Shown piece by piece: positions 38,425 through 49,333 of a stretch of 64,000 nucleotides of DNA. The notes beneath the pieces are model-generated. The model had not been told where the DNA came from, did not search any database, and saw nothing but the letters and a program-made list of their open reading frames with translations. Location: the NCBI GenBank assembly GCA_965249555.1, contig OZ252243.1, forward strand, positions 1,472,001-1,536,000, in the 5' to 3' direction. The DNA comes from Nitrosopumilus sp. (GTDB lineage: Archaea > Thermoproteota > Nitrososphaeria > Nitrososphaerales > Nitrosopumilaceae). A program made the translations under genes and the position numbers. Positions within the stretch are counted from its first letter, which is position 1; the number at the start of each line of letters is the position of its first letter.

Positions 38425-39903
38425 GTGAATCAATTTATTATTGCATTTATGTTCTTGGCTATTCTTTCCAGTTTTGGGTTTTCAAATCTTTCTTATGGTC
38501 AAGGTGCCGGTACAGCAGGTGGTGTTGATGTTGAAGGTTCATGGTATTTAGGTGAGGGTCTAAAAGCTGGAGATTATTTTGAGTATTCTTTGTGTCAAAT
38601 AGATCTTAATGATTGTGCACCTATTAAATTGAAAATGTGGATCAAGGGAACAATACCATATGAATCTGAAACATTGTGGGATGCAAAAGTTGCAATCTTT
38701 GATGGCAATAAGATCATCGTAGGTTCAATGGGTCTTGGGGCAATTTCTCCTGAACCTATAACATATGATAATGATCTTTTTCATTATCATATAGCATTCA
38801 AATCTTCTTTGGCTTGGTTAGGTGCTTTTGCTACTGAAATTGAAGGTGATAGAATTCTTGGTCCCAAAGAATTCAAATCTCCAGCATGGGGAAAGATAGC
38901 CGCAATTGGTGGTGCTCAATTAATTCCAGTCCGAGTAGAAACAATATCTGTTCCTGCGGGAACTTTTGATACGGTTGTTGTTGGTTGGAAGAGTGGTAAT
39001 TGGAATTACGTTTGGATAGTAGATGATTTTCCTTTTCCTGTTAAAGCATTAACTTATGTTTGGGTTACAACAGGTATTCCTCCAATTATGCATCAATACA
39101 CTTTGTTAGATTACAAAGAAAATGTAACAGTTGATCCTTTCAAAGATCTTGTAGAGACGATCTCACAAGAAGAGTTGTTGGGATGCGATACAGAATTTTC
39201 TAATCATGTTGGCAAACATGTTAATACAAACACCAACACTATCCTGATTCAATATAATTATGCTCCAGAATTTCCTATGGAAGGTTGTCCTATTGACTGG
39301 AGAATTAACTTTATGAAGCCATACAATGATGTTGAATTTATTGATCAAGTTCATTATGACATTTGGGTTGTAGATGAGAGTGGTAACATACTGCGCTCAT
39401 ATGCTGAAGACCGTGGACGAAATGACTTGTTTACTGGATTCGGTCAGGTTCATCTTGTTCTTCCAGTAGAAGAAAATGCAGGACTTGTTCGCTATGTCAT
39501 ATTTGTTCATGGTACAGGACCTGAATATCAAGTGCCAGATGCAAAACTTGGTGGATCTACTATTGTAGAAATTCAAATCGATGATAACCCTCTCTTTGAA
39601 TCATCTACACCCAAAGTACAACAACCTATTGAAATCCCCTCATGGATTAAATTCACTACAGGTGTTTGGGTGGATGGAAACTCTTCGGATGCTGAATTTA
39701 TTAACGCAATCAAGTTCCTTATTGAAGATAAAATTATTGTAATTCCGCCAACCGTACAAGGTTTTGATGGGGACTCTTCTGAAATCCCCTCATGGATTAA
39801 ATTCACTACAGGTGTTTGGGTGGATGGAAACTCTTCGGATGCTGAATTTATCAGTGCAATTCAGTTCCTGATTACAGAAGGAATAATGAGCGTCTCTTCC
39901 TGA
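38425..39903 (+). CDS. Exported protein with two C-terminal thaumarchaeal IPSWIK repeats
   Basis: Signal peptide; IPSWIK....W....SD.EF..AI.FLI twice. Confidence 0.85.
   Translation: MNQFIIAFMFLAILSSFGFSNLSYGQGAGTAGGVDVEGSWYLGEGLKAGDYFEYSLCQIDLNDCAPIKLKMWIKGTIPYESETLWDAKVAIFDGNKIIVGSMGLGAISPEPITYDNDLFHYHIAFKSSLAWLGAFATEIEGDRILGPKEFKSPAWGKIAAIGGAQLIPVRVETISVPAGTFDTVVVGWKSGNWNYVWIVDDFPFPVKALTYVWVTTGIPPIMHQYTLLDYKENVTVDPFKDLVETISQEELLGCDTEFSNHVGKHVNTNTNTILIQYNYAPEFPMEGCPIDWRINFMKPYNDVEFIDQVHYDIWVVDESGNILRSYAEDRGRNDLFTGFGQVHLVLPVEENAGLVRYVIFVHGTGPEYQVPDAKLGGSTIVEIQIDDNPLFESSTPKVQQPIEIPSWIKFTTGVWVDGNSSDAEFINAIKFLIEDKIIVIPPTVQGFDGDSSEIPSWIKFTTGVWVDGNSSDAEFISAIQFLITEGIMSVSS
39630..39851 (+). repeat. 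72-bp exact direct repeat (39630-39701 and 39780-39851)
   Basis: Identical including third codon positions. Confidence 0.9.
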
Positions 39904-39954
39904 TATTCTCTACATTCAAATTGATAAAATCTTTCAAAAAATAACGAAGCAATA

Positions 39955-40314
39955 ATGGTAAGCCTTTTTAGATATCCTAAACGCCGTCTGAAAAAATTAA
40001 TCAGAGAAGGTGAATATGTAGAAGCTATTGAATTTGGAAATAGTTTGGAATCTAAACACTCTGTTGATCCTGATTTTATGTCCATCATGGGAGGACTATA
40101 CGTAATTTTAGAAGATTCAGAAAAAGCACTTCCATATTTTGAAAAAGCAGTTCAATTAGACAACAATGATGCTGAAATACTTAAACTCAAAACTAATGTT
40201 CATTTGGATCTGCAACAAAAAGATGAGGCAATAGTTTGTTGTAAGCGAATTATAGAATTAGAGCCAAAAAACTATCAGGCCAAAGAATTACTTGAAGAAC
40301 TTGAAAATATCTAA
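39955..40314 (+). CDS. TPR protein
   Basis: A...FEKA..LD..., A..C....ELEP.N..A. Confidence 0.85.
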   Translation: MVSLFRYPKRRLKKLIREGEYVEAIEFGNSLESKHSVDPDFMSIMGGLYVILEDSEKALPYFEKAVQLDNNDAEILKLKTNVHLDLQQKDEAIVCCKRIIELEPKNYQAKELLEELENI

Positions 40315-40323
40315 TTACTAAAA

Positions 40324-40815
40324 CTATTCATTTTTTTTCATCAGGTATACGTTTTCCATTAACCAATCACAAAATGCTGTTACATTTTCATTAAATTCTG
40401 TCCATATGTGTAATGAATGAGGTAAGATGTCAATCTTCCAATTATCTGTAAAGACTCTAACTCCTTCTTTATCTTCATACATGTATGCATCTTCAGTTTG
40501 TATGTCTCCAAGCGTCTCTTTTGCCTTTTGCTTGATTAGTTCCCTATCTATGGGGAATCTCTTTTTGTCATAATCAATAATCAGACTCAAATCTCTTTTC
40601 CCATACATGTCAAATTCATCAATCCTTCCTTCCTTTGGAAAGTTTACTATTAGTTTGATATTGTATTTTTTGCCAACTTCTTTTCCAATCTCTACAATTC
40701 TAGCATATCCCATTCCTTGATTCTTCTTTAGAAGGAATCTGATTTGTGCCAAGTCTCTTTTTAGTTGTGCCTGAAGATCAGATGTCAATTCAGAAAATAT
40801 CATCATTGTATCCAA
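40324..40815 (-). CDS. Conserved hypothetical protein
   Basis: 163-aa ORF. Confidence 0.75.
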   Translation of the reverse strand: MDTMMIFSELTSDLQAQLKRDLAQIRFLLKKNQGMGYARIVEIGKEVGKKYNIKLIVNFPKEGRIDEFDMYGKRDLSLIIDYDKKRFPIDRELIKQKAKETLGDIQTEDAYMYEDKEGVRVFTDNWKIDILPHSLHIWTEFNENVTAFCDWLMENVYLMKKNE

Positions 40816-40886
40816 TGGAAATTCCTTTTATAATCATTAATTTCATGTCAGGGTTGGTTTTTTTAGAACTTCGTTTAAGATAGAGT

Positions 40887-41531
40887 ATGGCAATGCCCAT
40901 GGACTATGACGGTATGAGAACTGATGATGCATCAGAGAGAACTGATAATGTTGATGAATACAGACGAACTTGCATTGATTTTATCGAAGATATTTCTCAC
41001 AACTACGAGGAATGGGTTGATTATTACAAATTACCTGAGGATGAAGACAAACGAAGACGTGCAGGAATTCATGCAACCATTACAAGAACAAATGAATGGA
41101 TTGCAAAGGTTGCTCAATCTATCAAAGCAGTTGACGTTGTTATGAATGATGGAATCCAGAAGATGGCAGAATCAACTGCTGGCAAACCCCTTGAGATTGG
41201 AGTTTTTATAAATCACAAATCAAGTTATACTGAAACAAAACCTGGAATCATTGATGTTGTTGTTAAAGCAAGTGGACGAAAGGGAAGAAAAGCAAAACTT
41301 GGATTTCATTTTAAGCATGACAGATTTAGAATAGAATCAACATGTGGCGCATATTTTGATGAAGATAATTTACCAACTGACGAATTCGAAATGTTAGATA
41401 TACATCTAAAACTTCATGCAGAAAATGCCAAACAACGTGATGTTATCTCATTTACTGTAACTGTTAGTGAATTTGAGAATGATGTTGAATTTGACAGAAG
41501 AGGGCATACGACAATAGTTCATCTGGTGTGA
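40887..41531 (+). CDS. Conserved hypothetical protein
   Basis: 214-aa ORF. Confidence 0.75.
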   Translation: MAMPMDYDGMRTDDASERTDNVDEYRRTCIDFIEDISHNYEEWVDYYKLPEDEDKRRRAGIHATITRTNEWIAKVAQSIKAVDVVMNDGIQKMAESTAGKPLEIGVFINHKSSYTETKPGIIDVVVKASGRKGRKAKLGFHFKHDRFRIESTCGAYFDEDNLPTDEFEMLDIHLKLHAENAKQRDVISFTVTVSEFENDVEFDRRGHTTIVHLV

Positions 41532-41532
41532 C

Positions 41533-43767
41533 TTAACGTAGAATATCTTCTTCAATATACTCTATGAATTTTCCAGTGTTTTCTAGTTTAATTGAATTGA
41601 TTTCTTCTAGGTTGTTAAAGAAATTCATCTTTAGATATCCCTCAGATGCAGTATACAAGACATCGTCAATATAGAATGTCCTTGCACTTCCCATTCCATA
41701 ATAATGTGAATCATCAGCAGAATGGGTAATTGTTCCTTTAAGATTGAATCCATCTGAACTATCCAAATCAAATACATAGAATCCATTCCAGCGATTGTAA
41801 TCTGGTGCAAACATCTTGGAACTTGAAATTCCATTCAGACTTTCTGCATATCCACTAATTGGAATTGAGAGAACTCCTCTTGTTTTATCAAAGAAGAATG
41901 CCTTGTGGTTGTTTAATGCCTCTGAATATGTAGAACTATCCCCTATGATTACGTCATCTGCAACTTTTGGATTATTGACATCTGCAACATTAAACAATGC
42001 AATTTTAATTCCTAGCTGCTGAACTCTGCCATTTTCCATTTCTTTTGTGTCTCTGCCAATTCCAATAATGTATTCTTCATCATATGGATGCAAATAGTTT
42101 GAAAATCCTGGAATTTTCAACTCTCCTAGAATCTTTGGAGTATCAGTTGACAAATCAATTACAAAGAATGGATCAATTTGTTGGAATGTTACCAAGTATA
42201 GTCTATCATCCATGAATCTAGCAGAAAAAATGCTCTCATCAGGTGCAATTTGGTCTAGTCCGCCTACAATGTTGAGCTGCTCATCTAAGATGTAAACTGC
42301 ATTTGCACGAACAATTCCCTGATATTGTGTATAGTGTTCGGTGGTAGTTGCAACTCTAAATCTATCTCCACTTTGATCCATAGAGAATTGGTTTAACAGT
42401 CTGCCTGGAACTGAACCCTTTGCAGCATATTCTATTTCACCTTCATCAATTGATATTTTATGAATAATTGTTTTTCTTGTCTCTTCTTGGATTTTTGCAT
42501 CATATTCATTTAGTGCATCTCTAATCTCATCAAATAATCCTTCCTTGTCATCTTTGCCCATTTCATTATATGATTTTTGCATTAGTTCTGAGATTTTTAT
42601 CCACTGTGTAGATGAATTCATTGAAGAATCATTCTGAATTATTTTAATTTCATTTTGAATGTCATTTGGCAATAATGGTACAACTACATCAAAGAATCTA
42701 TCACGTGATGAATTCTCGTAAAATCCAAATGGTATATTTTGTTGGTATGTCAAGTAAAAATTATCTTCTGAGACATAAAATGATCCACTGTATCCCATAA
42801 GGAATGTTTCTGAATTTACTGTATCTCCAAATATATCAATTGCAGTTAGTGTGTTAAAATTTGAAAACTGTTCTACATTATCAAAATAAAATGCATCAGG
42901 AGTCATGATCCTAACTGAACTCTCCATAATTACTGGAAGTTTTGGGTATTGATAGTCAATGTTGCTGTTGGTGACAAAGTATGCATAATCTCCAATCATT
43001 CGTGCATCTCTGAAATGACCGTCAATGGAATAATCTTTGAGAATAGTCGGATTCTCTTTATCTGATACATCGATAATTAGTGCATGTGTAACTGAGCTGT
43101 AAGAACGGCGTGGAACAAAGTCAAACTGTGGAATTATCTCATCATCGCTTTGTCCATTGTAAAATATCACTAATCTATCATCATTTAGGAACATATTCTG
43201 GATATACTGTGATTCAATGTCTAATGCAATTTTGAGAATTAATTTTGCAGACTCTGCTGGATATGCATCGATAATTGAAAGTGTATTTCTTGATACAATG
43301 TATACATATTTTGAATCATTTTTGAGATAGTCTGGTTCATCAACGTTTTCAACTTGTACATTTGTAGTTGAATAATCCGAACCGCCAGATTCTGTTTTAG
43401 ATGCTGTATCAAAAGATCCTAATGGCATTCCTCCTGGAGCAGATACTGGAGCACCTATTGTCACAGCCATTTCAGACATTGCAAATGATGCATCAATCCC
43501 AGTGCTTGCCCAACGGTCTCTGTTGTCGTAGAAATGTCCTCCTAGTAATGCCGATGCTTCAAGAATATCCTTTAATTCTTCTTGTGATGATATTTTTTTG
43601 ATATCATGTGTTCCTTCAAAATATTCTGAAACTGATTTATCTACATAAATTATCTCAGGTGTGGGAATTTGTATAACTTGAGGTTGTTGATCATAGTCAA
43701 TTGAATACATTATTCCCACTGTAACTAATACCGAAATGGCAACTGCAATTATAATTTTTGAACTCAT
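41533..43767 (-). CDS. Secreted beta-propeller domain protein (Beta_propel family)
   Basis: YSTTNVQVENVDEPD..K, LLNQFSMD, ESIFSARF, TFQQIDP, GELKIPGFSNYLHP. Confidence 0.9.
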   Translation of the reverse strand: MSSKIIIAVAISVLVTVGIMYSIDYDQQPQVIQIPTPEIIYVDKSVSEYFEGTHDIKKISSQEELKDILEASALLGGHFYDNRDRWASTGIDASFAMSEMAVTIGAPVSAPGGMPLGSFDTASKTESGGSDYSTTNVQVENVDEPDYLKNDSKYVYIVSRNTLSIIDAYPAESAKLILKIALDIESQYIQNMFLNDDRLVIFYNGQSDDEIIPQFDFVPRRSYSSVTHALIIDVSDKENPTILKDYSIDGHFRDARMIGDYAYFVTNSNIDYQYPKLPVIMESSVRIMTPDAFYFDNVEQFSNFNTLTAIDIFGDTVNSETFLMGYSGSFYVSEDNFYLTYQQNIPFGFYENSSRDRFFDVVVPLLPNDIQNEIKIIQNDSSMNSSTQWIKISELMQKSYNEMGKDDKEGLFDEIRDALNEYDAKIQEETRKTIIHKISIDEGEIEYAAKGSVPGRLLNQFSMDQSGDRFRVATTTEHYTQYQGIVRANAVYILDEQLNIVGGLDQIAPDESIFSARFMDDRLYLVTFQQIDPFFVIDLSTDTPKILGELKIPGFSNYLHPYDEEYIIGIGRDTKEMENGRVQQLGIKIALFNVADVNNPKVADDVIIGDSSTYSEALNNHKAFFFDKTRGVLSIPISGYAESLNGISSSKMFAPDYNRWNGFYVFDLDSSDGFNLKGTITHSADDSHYYGMGSARTFYIDDVLYTASEGYLKMNFFNNLEEINSIKLENTGKFIEYIEEDILR

Positions 43768-43915
43768 TTTTTCTCCTCACTTTTTTCAGTTATTGTTTTT
43801 TTTGAATACTGTAATTTAGTGATTACTACTATTTTGTAGTTTGAGATAAAAGGTTTAGTGAAATTGAAATTTTACCAAACAATTTACATATGCCTGGTTT
43901 ACTCTATCAACTCTA

Positions 43916-44731
43916 ATGCCTGATGAAATTTCTAACGATGATCTAACTGAAAAAATAAAAATTCTTGCCACCGATGATGAAAAAATAAAGTCCTTCGGTG
44001 AGCTATTTTCAAATGATTCTAGTCGTAAAATTCTTCAATTACTCTTCAACGAAGAGTTGACTGCAACCCAAATTGCTCAAAAGACTGACATTTCACTTCA
44101 GCTTGTAAAATATCATCTTATCAAACTTCAAGATTTGGGAGTGGTAAAAATATCAAAGATTGAAAAAAACTCCAAATCACAAGACATGAAGATTTACTCT
44201 GCAACAAAGTTTAGTATTATTATTGTACCGCCAAAATTTTCAGAAAAAACAAAAGAAAGTAAATTACTTGTTCGTTCATTTAGACATATTTACAAAGTTG
44301 CAGGACTTGGGATTGCAACTGGCATTTCAGGATTGTTTTCATTATCAATGTTGCAACAAGACAAACAAATTTCTGTAGATGATAATGTTGCAAGTGAATT
44401 TTCTTTAAGTGAAGAATCTGCTAAAGCATTTGAAAGGACTGAATCTATTGCAGCTGATGAATCTGAAGGAAATTATATAATATCTTCCCCTGTAACTGAA
44501 TCTATTGCAGCTGATGAATCTGAAGGAAGTTATATGGCATCTTCCCCTGTAACTGAATCTCAGGATTTTACTGATTCTAATTTAGATATTATACCTACTG
44601 CAGGTGATGTGGCTTTTGAAACATTAGTGATGTCTGATTTATTCATTCCATTTATTATAATTACAGGAATTCTTGCTGGACTGACAGTTTACTACTTGCA
44701 GAAATCATTGAAAAATTCTAGTTCAAAATAA
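43916..44731 (+). CDS. Membrane-anchored ArsR-type wHTH regulator
   Basis: N-terminal HTH (SLQLVKYHL.KL..LG), two TM segments, acidic loop. Confidence 0.85.
   Translation: MPDEISNDDLTEKIKILATDDEKIKSFGELFSNDSSRKILQLLFNEELTATQIAQKTDISLQLVKYHLIKLQDLGVVKISKIEKNSKSQDMKIYSATKFSIIIVPPKFSEKTKESKLLVRSFRHIYKVAGLGIATGISGLFSLSMLQQDKQISVDDNVASEFSLSEESAKAFERTESIAADESEGNYIISSPVTESIAADESEGSYMASSPVTESQDFTDSNLDIIPTAGDVAFETLVMSDLFIPFIIITGILAGLTVYYLQKSLKNSSSK
44438..44560 (+). repeat. 57-bp in-frame tandem repeat (~2.2 units)
   Basis: ACTGAATCT at 44438, 44495 and 44552. Confidence 0.85.
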
Positions 44732-44732
44732 T

Positions 44733-45056
44733 TTATGCAGAATCAAGTGTTACTTCGATAGTTACTCTTTTTTCTTTTGCTCTCTCTTCTCCAGGATATT
44801 TTAACTGGGAAATTTTTTTACTCAATTCTTCATCTGTTACCAGCTTTGCTTTTCCTGAAAAAACAAAATCATTATATTCTATTTTGACTTCAGAATTTGT
44901 TAATGCATTTTTGAACCAGTCGCCATCTGGTTTGTGTCTAGAAAAGTAAATTTTTCCCTCATAGTTGACTGCACGAAGCATTACTGAATGCTGTTTTCCT
45001 GAATTTCTTCCCTTTGTGGTGAGAATTGGTCGGAACAAATCTTCCTTTATCTCCAT
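44733..45056 (-). CDS. Split-barrel deazaflavin/flavin-dependent oxidoreductase family protein
   Basis: LTTKGRNSGK, DW.KN...N.EV. Confidence 0.8.
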   Translation of the reverse strand: MEIKEDLFRPILTTKGRNSGKQHSVMLRAVNYEGKIYFSRHKPDGDWFKNALTNSEVKIEYNDFVFSGKAKLVTDEELSKKISQLKYPGEERAKEKRVTIEVTLDSA

Positions 45057-45144
45057 ACCTGATTTTTTTCTGTCAAGTAATTTAACCCCATTGCAAGAAA
45101 TTTCTGATATCTGGTATGATAAGCAAATCTGTTCATTTCAGTTC

Positions 45145-45597
45145 ATGTCAGTAAAACTAGAAGGAATGCCCACAAAATTTGCAACTGCAGACTCCTTTAC
45201 TGGAAAAAAAGTCATAGACCGAGAGGGAATTGAATATGGCAAAGTCAAACACATACACATTAACCAAGACACACTCACCGTATGTGGTGTGACAATCCGC
45301 CAAGGATTCAACAAATATTACTATCTTTCAAATGACTATATTGACAAATTTTCTGAAGAAACACTACTTCTAAGCAGACCACCTGTTAGAACAAGAATCC
45401 CAGTAGTTGATATCGATCGTCATAAAATTGGCAAAGTAAAGCGATTACACAAACATCCTGATACTAGTGAATTGGAATCAATTGAGGTCTCTTATGGTTT
45501 GATTCACTCTAAGATACTATCAAAATCAGAAATTTGGGGCGTGGGCGAAAAAGTCATTTTAAGAATGACCAAAGAAGAATTCAAAAAAATTGAATAA
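45145..45597 (+). CDS. Tandem PRC-barrel protein
   Basis: GKKVIDREG..YGKV and VVD.....IGKV; ATG at 45145 preferred. Confidence 0.8.
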   Translation: MSVKLEGMPTKFATADSFTGKKVIDREGIEYGKVKHIHINQDTLTVCGVTIRQGFNKYYYLSNDYIDKFSEETLLLSRPPVRTRIPVVDIDRHKIGKVKRLHKHPDTSELESIEVSYGLIHSKILSKSEIWGVGEKVILRMTKEEFKKIE

Positions 45598-45802
45598 TTC
45601 TTTTAAACTTTTTTCAAAATAACGTTTTTTGATTAATCTGTTTTTTTAGTACATACTGCACAAACAGGAATTCCATCTTGAACTGTTATTTCGACATTTG
45701 ATGACTGACATTTATGGCAAAGTCCTTTCATGAAATGAATTCTCAAAACACTCTTTAAATTTTTTATGAGGATCGACTGAATCAATACTTAGCAATTTAT
45801 AA

Positions 45803-46819
45803 TTGAAAAATGCGATCAAGGTGTTGAATTCAATAGAACTCAAATCACTCACAAAGTCATTTGGAGATGTAATTGCAGTTAATGATATCTCTCTTTCAGT
45901 AAAAAATGGAGAGATCTTTGGATTTTTGGGACCTAATGGTGCTGGAAAAAGTACTACGATAATGATTCTCACTACTTTGTTAAAACCAACATCTGGTCAA
46001 GCTTTGATTTCTGGGTTTGACGTAATGACTAATGCAAAACAAGTACGAGAGAATATTGGATATGTTCAACAAGAGACAACTGTTGATGAGTATCTAACTG
46101 GAAGAGAAAATCTTCTACTCCAAGCAAAACTTAATCATATTCCCAAAAACGAAATCAACAAAAGAATTGACGAACTCTTGGAATTAATTGAACTCTCTGA
46201 GAAACAAGACAAACCAGTTGGTACCTATTCTGGTGGTATGAGAAAAAGATTAGATATTGCAGGTGGCCTTTTGCATAGACCAAAAGTGTTATTTCTTGAC
46301 GAGCCTACAGTTGGATTAGATATTCAAACTCGTAGAAAAATTTGGGAGTATATCAAAAAAATCCATGACGAGTATGAAATGACAATATTTCTAACTACTC
46401 ACTACATGGAAGAGGCAGACAAACTATGTGACAGAATTGGAATAATTGATGGTGGAGAGATTCAGGTAATTGACTCTCCAGAAAACATGAAAAAAGCAAT
46501 GGGAAATGAGGTTATTTCAATTATTTTAGAAGGAGAAAATCGTAATTCTTTCTTATCTGAGATTAAAAAAATTGAATTTGTAAATAAGATAAATGAAGAT
46601 GGATCTAAGATTACTCTTTTTGCATCAAATGGAACTAAAGTAATTCCAAAAATTTTTCAGATTTCATCAGAACTCAACATCAAAATTACTTCTATCTCAC
46701 TCACTCAACCAACACTTGATGATGTGTTCATCTCTTACACTGGACATGAAATTAGAGATGATGATTCTGGGTTCAATCGAAAACGTGAACATGCAAAGAT
46801 GAAGAGGTTACGTGCATGA
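45803..46819 (+). CDS. ABC-2 exporter ATP-binding subunit (DrrA-like)
   Basis: GPNGAGKS, YSGGM, LDEPT, TTHY. Confidence 0.95.
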   Translation: MKNAIKVLNSIELKSLTKSFGDVIAVNDISLSVKNGEIFGFLGPNGAGKSTTIMILTTLLKPTSGQALISGFDVMTNAKQVRENIGYVQQETTVDEYLTGRENLLLQAKLNHIPKNEINKRIDELLELIELSEKQDKPVGTYSGGMRKRLDIAGGLLHRPKVLFLDEPTVGLDIQTRRKIWEYIKKIHDEYEMTIFLTTHYMEEADKLCDRIGIIDGGEIQVIDSPENMKKAMGNEVISIILEGENRNSFLSEIKKIEFVNKINEDGSKITLFASNGTKVIPKIFQISSELNIKITSISLTQPTLDDVFISYTGHEIRDDDSGFNRKREHAKMKRLRA

Positions 46820-47601
46820 ATACTTTGATGTATGATACTTGTACAATTTTTTGGCGAGAGTTAAAGAGATACCAAAAATCTAGGAGCGGTGTTTTGATTC
46901 GATTAATCCAACCTGCAATTTGGATTATCGTAATTGGAAATACTTTTTCAGGAACTCAACCATTAATTCAATCCGTTGGTTTTCAGGGAGACTATATTGA
47001 ATTTATGGCACCTGGTGTCATTGTTCTTACTGCAATTTTTACTAGTATCTTTGGAGGTGTCAATACATTATGGGATAGACGATATGGTTTTATGAATAAG
47101 GCGTTAACTTCTCCAATTTCTCGTTCTTCCATAGCTCTGGGAAAAATGTCTGCAATTTCTTTGATATCAGCTTTGCAAGCTAGTTTGATTATAGGAATTG
47201 CTTTAGCAATAGGCGTTACTTTTCCAAATCCCCTTATGATTGCGCCAATTATGGTGATTGTCATTTTGTTTTCATTGGGATTCTCAGGAATTTCTGTAAT
47301 GGTTGCAGCCACTGCAAAGTCTCAAGAAACCTTTTGGGGTGTGATTAATTTTCTTGGAATGCCACTATTCATGATAAGCCCTGCATTATTCCCCTTGGAA
47401 TTATTACCTGATTGGCTTGCAGCACTTGCGAAACTAAATCCTGTTACTTATACCATTTTACTGGTAAGGGAAATGATGACAGGTGTATCTGAAGGTGGAA
47501 TTCCGATATTATTTAGCCTTGGGGTTCTCTTTGTGTTTGTACTTGTAATGATTGGTCTTGCAAGCTATGTGTTTACGCGTGAAGTAAACAAACCATTTTG
47601 A
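46816..47601 (+). CDS. ABC-2 exporter permease
   Basis: Six TM segments, NPVTY; ATGA overlap. Confidence 0.92.
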   Translation: MNTLMYDTCTIFWRELKRYQKSRSGVLIRLIQPAIWIIVIGNTFSGTQPLIQSVGFQGDYIEFMAPGVIVLTAIFTSIFGGVNTLWDRRYGFMNKALTSPISRSSIALGKMSAISLISALQASLIIGIALAIGVTFPNPLMIAPIMVIVILFSLGFSGISVMVAATAKSQETFWGVINFLGMPLFMISPALFPLELLPDWLAALAKLNPVTYTILLVREMMTGVSEGGIPILFSLGVLFVFVLVMIGLASYVFTREVNKPF

Positions 47602-47671
47602 CATAAAGTTGACAAAAATTGTTACATTTTCAAACTATGGTATGTTTCTCTAATTTTGCCATTATGATTTA

Positions 47672-49264
47672 TTGAAATTAACCCTTGCAGTAATGGCATT
47701 TTCTGTACTATTATTAGCTAATTCTTTTGCACAGAGTTCCTTTGGACTTGGAAATTACGACTTTATCTCTGAATGGGGCTCATTTGGAATTGTAGAACCT
47801 GGACATTTTTCACATCCTCAATTTATTGCAGTAGGTGATGATGGTAGCATCTATGTTAGTGATTTGGGAAACAAACGTATTCAGAAGTTCTCAAGTAATG
47901 GTGAATACATTACTGAATGGGGTAAAAGCGGAAAACAATCTGGAGAATTTCACTATCCATCCGGAATTGCAGTATCTGGTGATTCTGTTTTTGTTGCAGA
48001 TCGTGATCTGAATAGAATTCAAAAGTTTTCACTAGATGGAGAATTTATTATAGAATGGGGCGAAAAAGGAAAACTTGATGGTCAGCTCTTCCTTCCAAAT
48101 GGAATATCTGTACACAATGGAACTGTATATGTATCTGACCCTGGCAATCAAAGAATTCAAATATTTTCTACTGATGGAGAATTTATCTCATCATTTGGTT
48201 CAAGCGGACTTGGAGAAGGTCAATTTCTAAATGTTGTTGGAATTGATGTTGATGCAGATGGAAATGTCTATGTCACTGATAAGGGAAATGGTAAGATTGA
48301 AAAATTCGATGCCAATGGAGAACTAATTAAATCATTTACATTTCGTTCTCTGTATTACGCTTTTTCTCCTGAGGCACTAGCTCTTACTCCAACAGGTGAG
48401 ATGTTTATTGCTAACTCTGCTAATGACAAAATTTTATATTTATCCCAGGATTCTGACTTGAATCTAAATGTGTTTGATCAATTAGGTCCATATTCAAATT
48501 CATTTGATTTTGTTGCTGATATGGCAATTGGAATTAATGGTGAATTACTAGTTATAGATTCTGCAAATCACAAAATTCAATCCTATGAAACTGAATTTTA
48601 TGAAGAACCTGTAATTGTTGAGATTTCTGATGATATTCCTGATGATGTTTCTGATGAGATCATTGAAGAGTCACAACCTGACAAAACAGCGCCTGTAATT
48701 ATCGCTCCAATTTCATTAACAATTGAGGCTACAGATATGCAAACTGTTGTTTCATTTGGCGAAGCTACGGCTACTGATGAAAGTGGAATCAAAGCAATTA
48801 TCAATAATGCTCCAGATGCATTTTCTCTAGGTGTGTCAACAATTATCTGGATAGCTTTTGACAATGTTGGATATTCTTCTAGCGCATTACAAACAATTAC
48901 TGTCAATACTTGTGGGAATACTTATTCTGATTACAACCTAATTGAGGGAACACAAAGCGATGATGTAATTCAAGGTACGGATGGTGATGATCTAATTTTT
49001 GGATTAGCTGGTGATGATGTTATTTCAGGTGGCGGAGGAAACGATTGCATATTTGGTGGATACGGTGATGACATTATTTCTGGAGATGATGGAGATGATA
49101 CAATAAAGGGGAATTCAGGTCATGATATCTTGAATGGGCAGTCAGGCAATGATCTAATTTATGCCAATTCTGATTCTGATACTATTGACGGTGGTACCGG
49201 TATTGATAGATGTTATCCTTCAACTAATTCACAAAGTGATTTGTTGTTAAATTGCGAAGAATAG
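47672..49264 (+). CDS. Exported NHL-repeat + HYR-like + RTX Ca-binding repeat protein
   Basis: GEF..P.GIAV...YV.D.GN.RIQKF repeats; DKTAPVI; GG.GND repeats. Confidence 0.88.
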   Translation: MKLTLAVMAFSVLLLANSFAQSSFGLGNYDFISEWGSFGIVEPGHFSHPQFIAVGDDGSIYVSDLGNKRIQKFSSNGEYITEWGKSGKQSGEFHYPSGIAVSGDSVFVADRDLNRIQKFSLDGEFIIEWGEKGKLDGQLFLPNGISVHNGTVYVSDPGNQRIQIFSTDGEFISSFGSSGLGEGQFLNVVGIDVDADGNVYVTDKGNGKIEKFDANGELIKSFTFRSLYYAFSPEALALTPTGEMFIANSANDKILYLSQDSDLNLNVFDQLGPYSNSFDFVADMAIGINGELLVIDSANHKIQSYETEFYEEPVIVEISDDIPDDVSDEIIEESQPDKTAPVIIAPISLTIEATDMQTVVSFGEATATDESGIKAIINNAPDAFSLGVSTIIWIAFDNVGYSSSALQTITVNTCGNTYSDYNLIEGTQSDDVIQGTDGDDLIFGLAGDDVISGGGGNDCIFGGYGDDIISGDDGDDTIKGNSGHDILNGQSGNDLIYANSDSDTIDGGTGIDRCYPSTNSQSDLLLNCEE

Positions 49265-49333
49265 ATTATTTCTATATAGTACAATAGACTTTATGTTCAA
49301 ACATATTAATTCTAAATTCTCATTTGAGTACAT

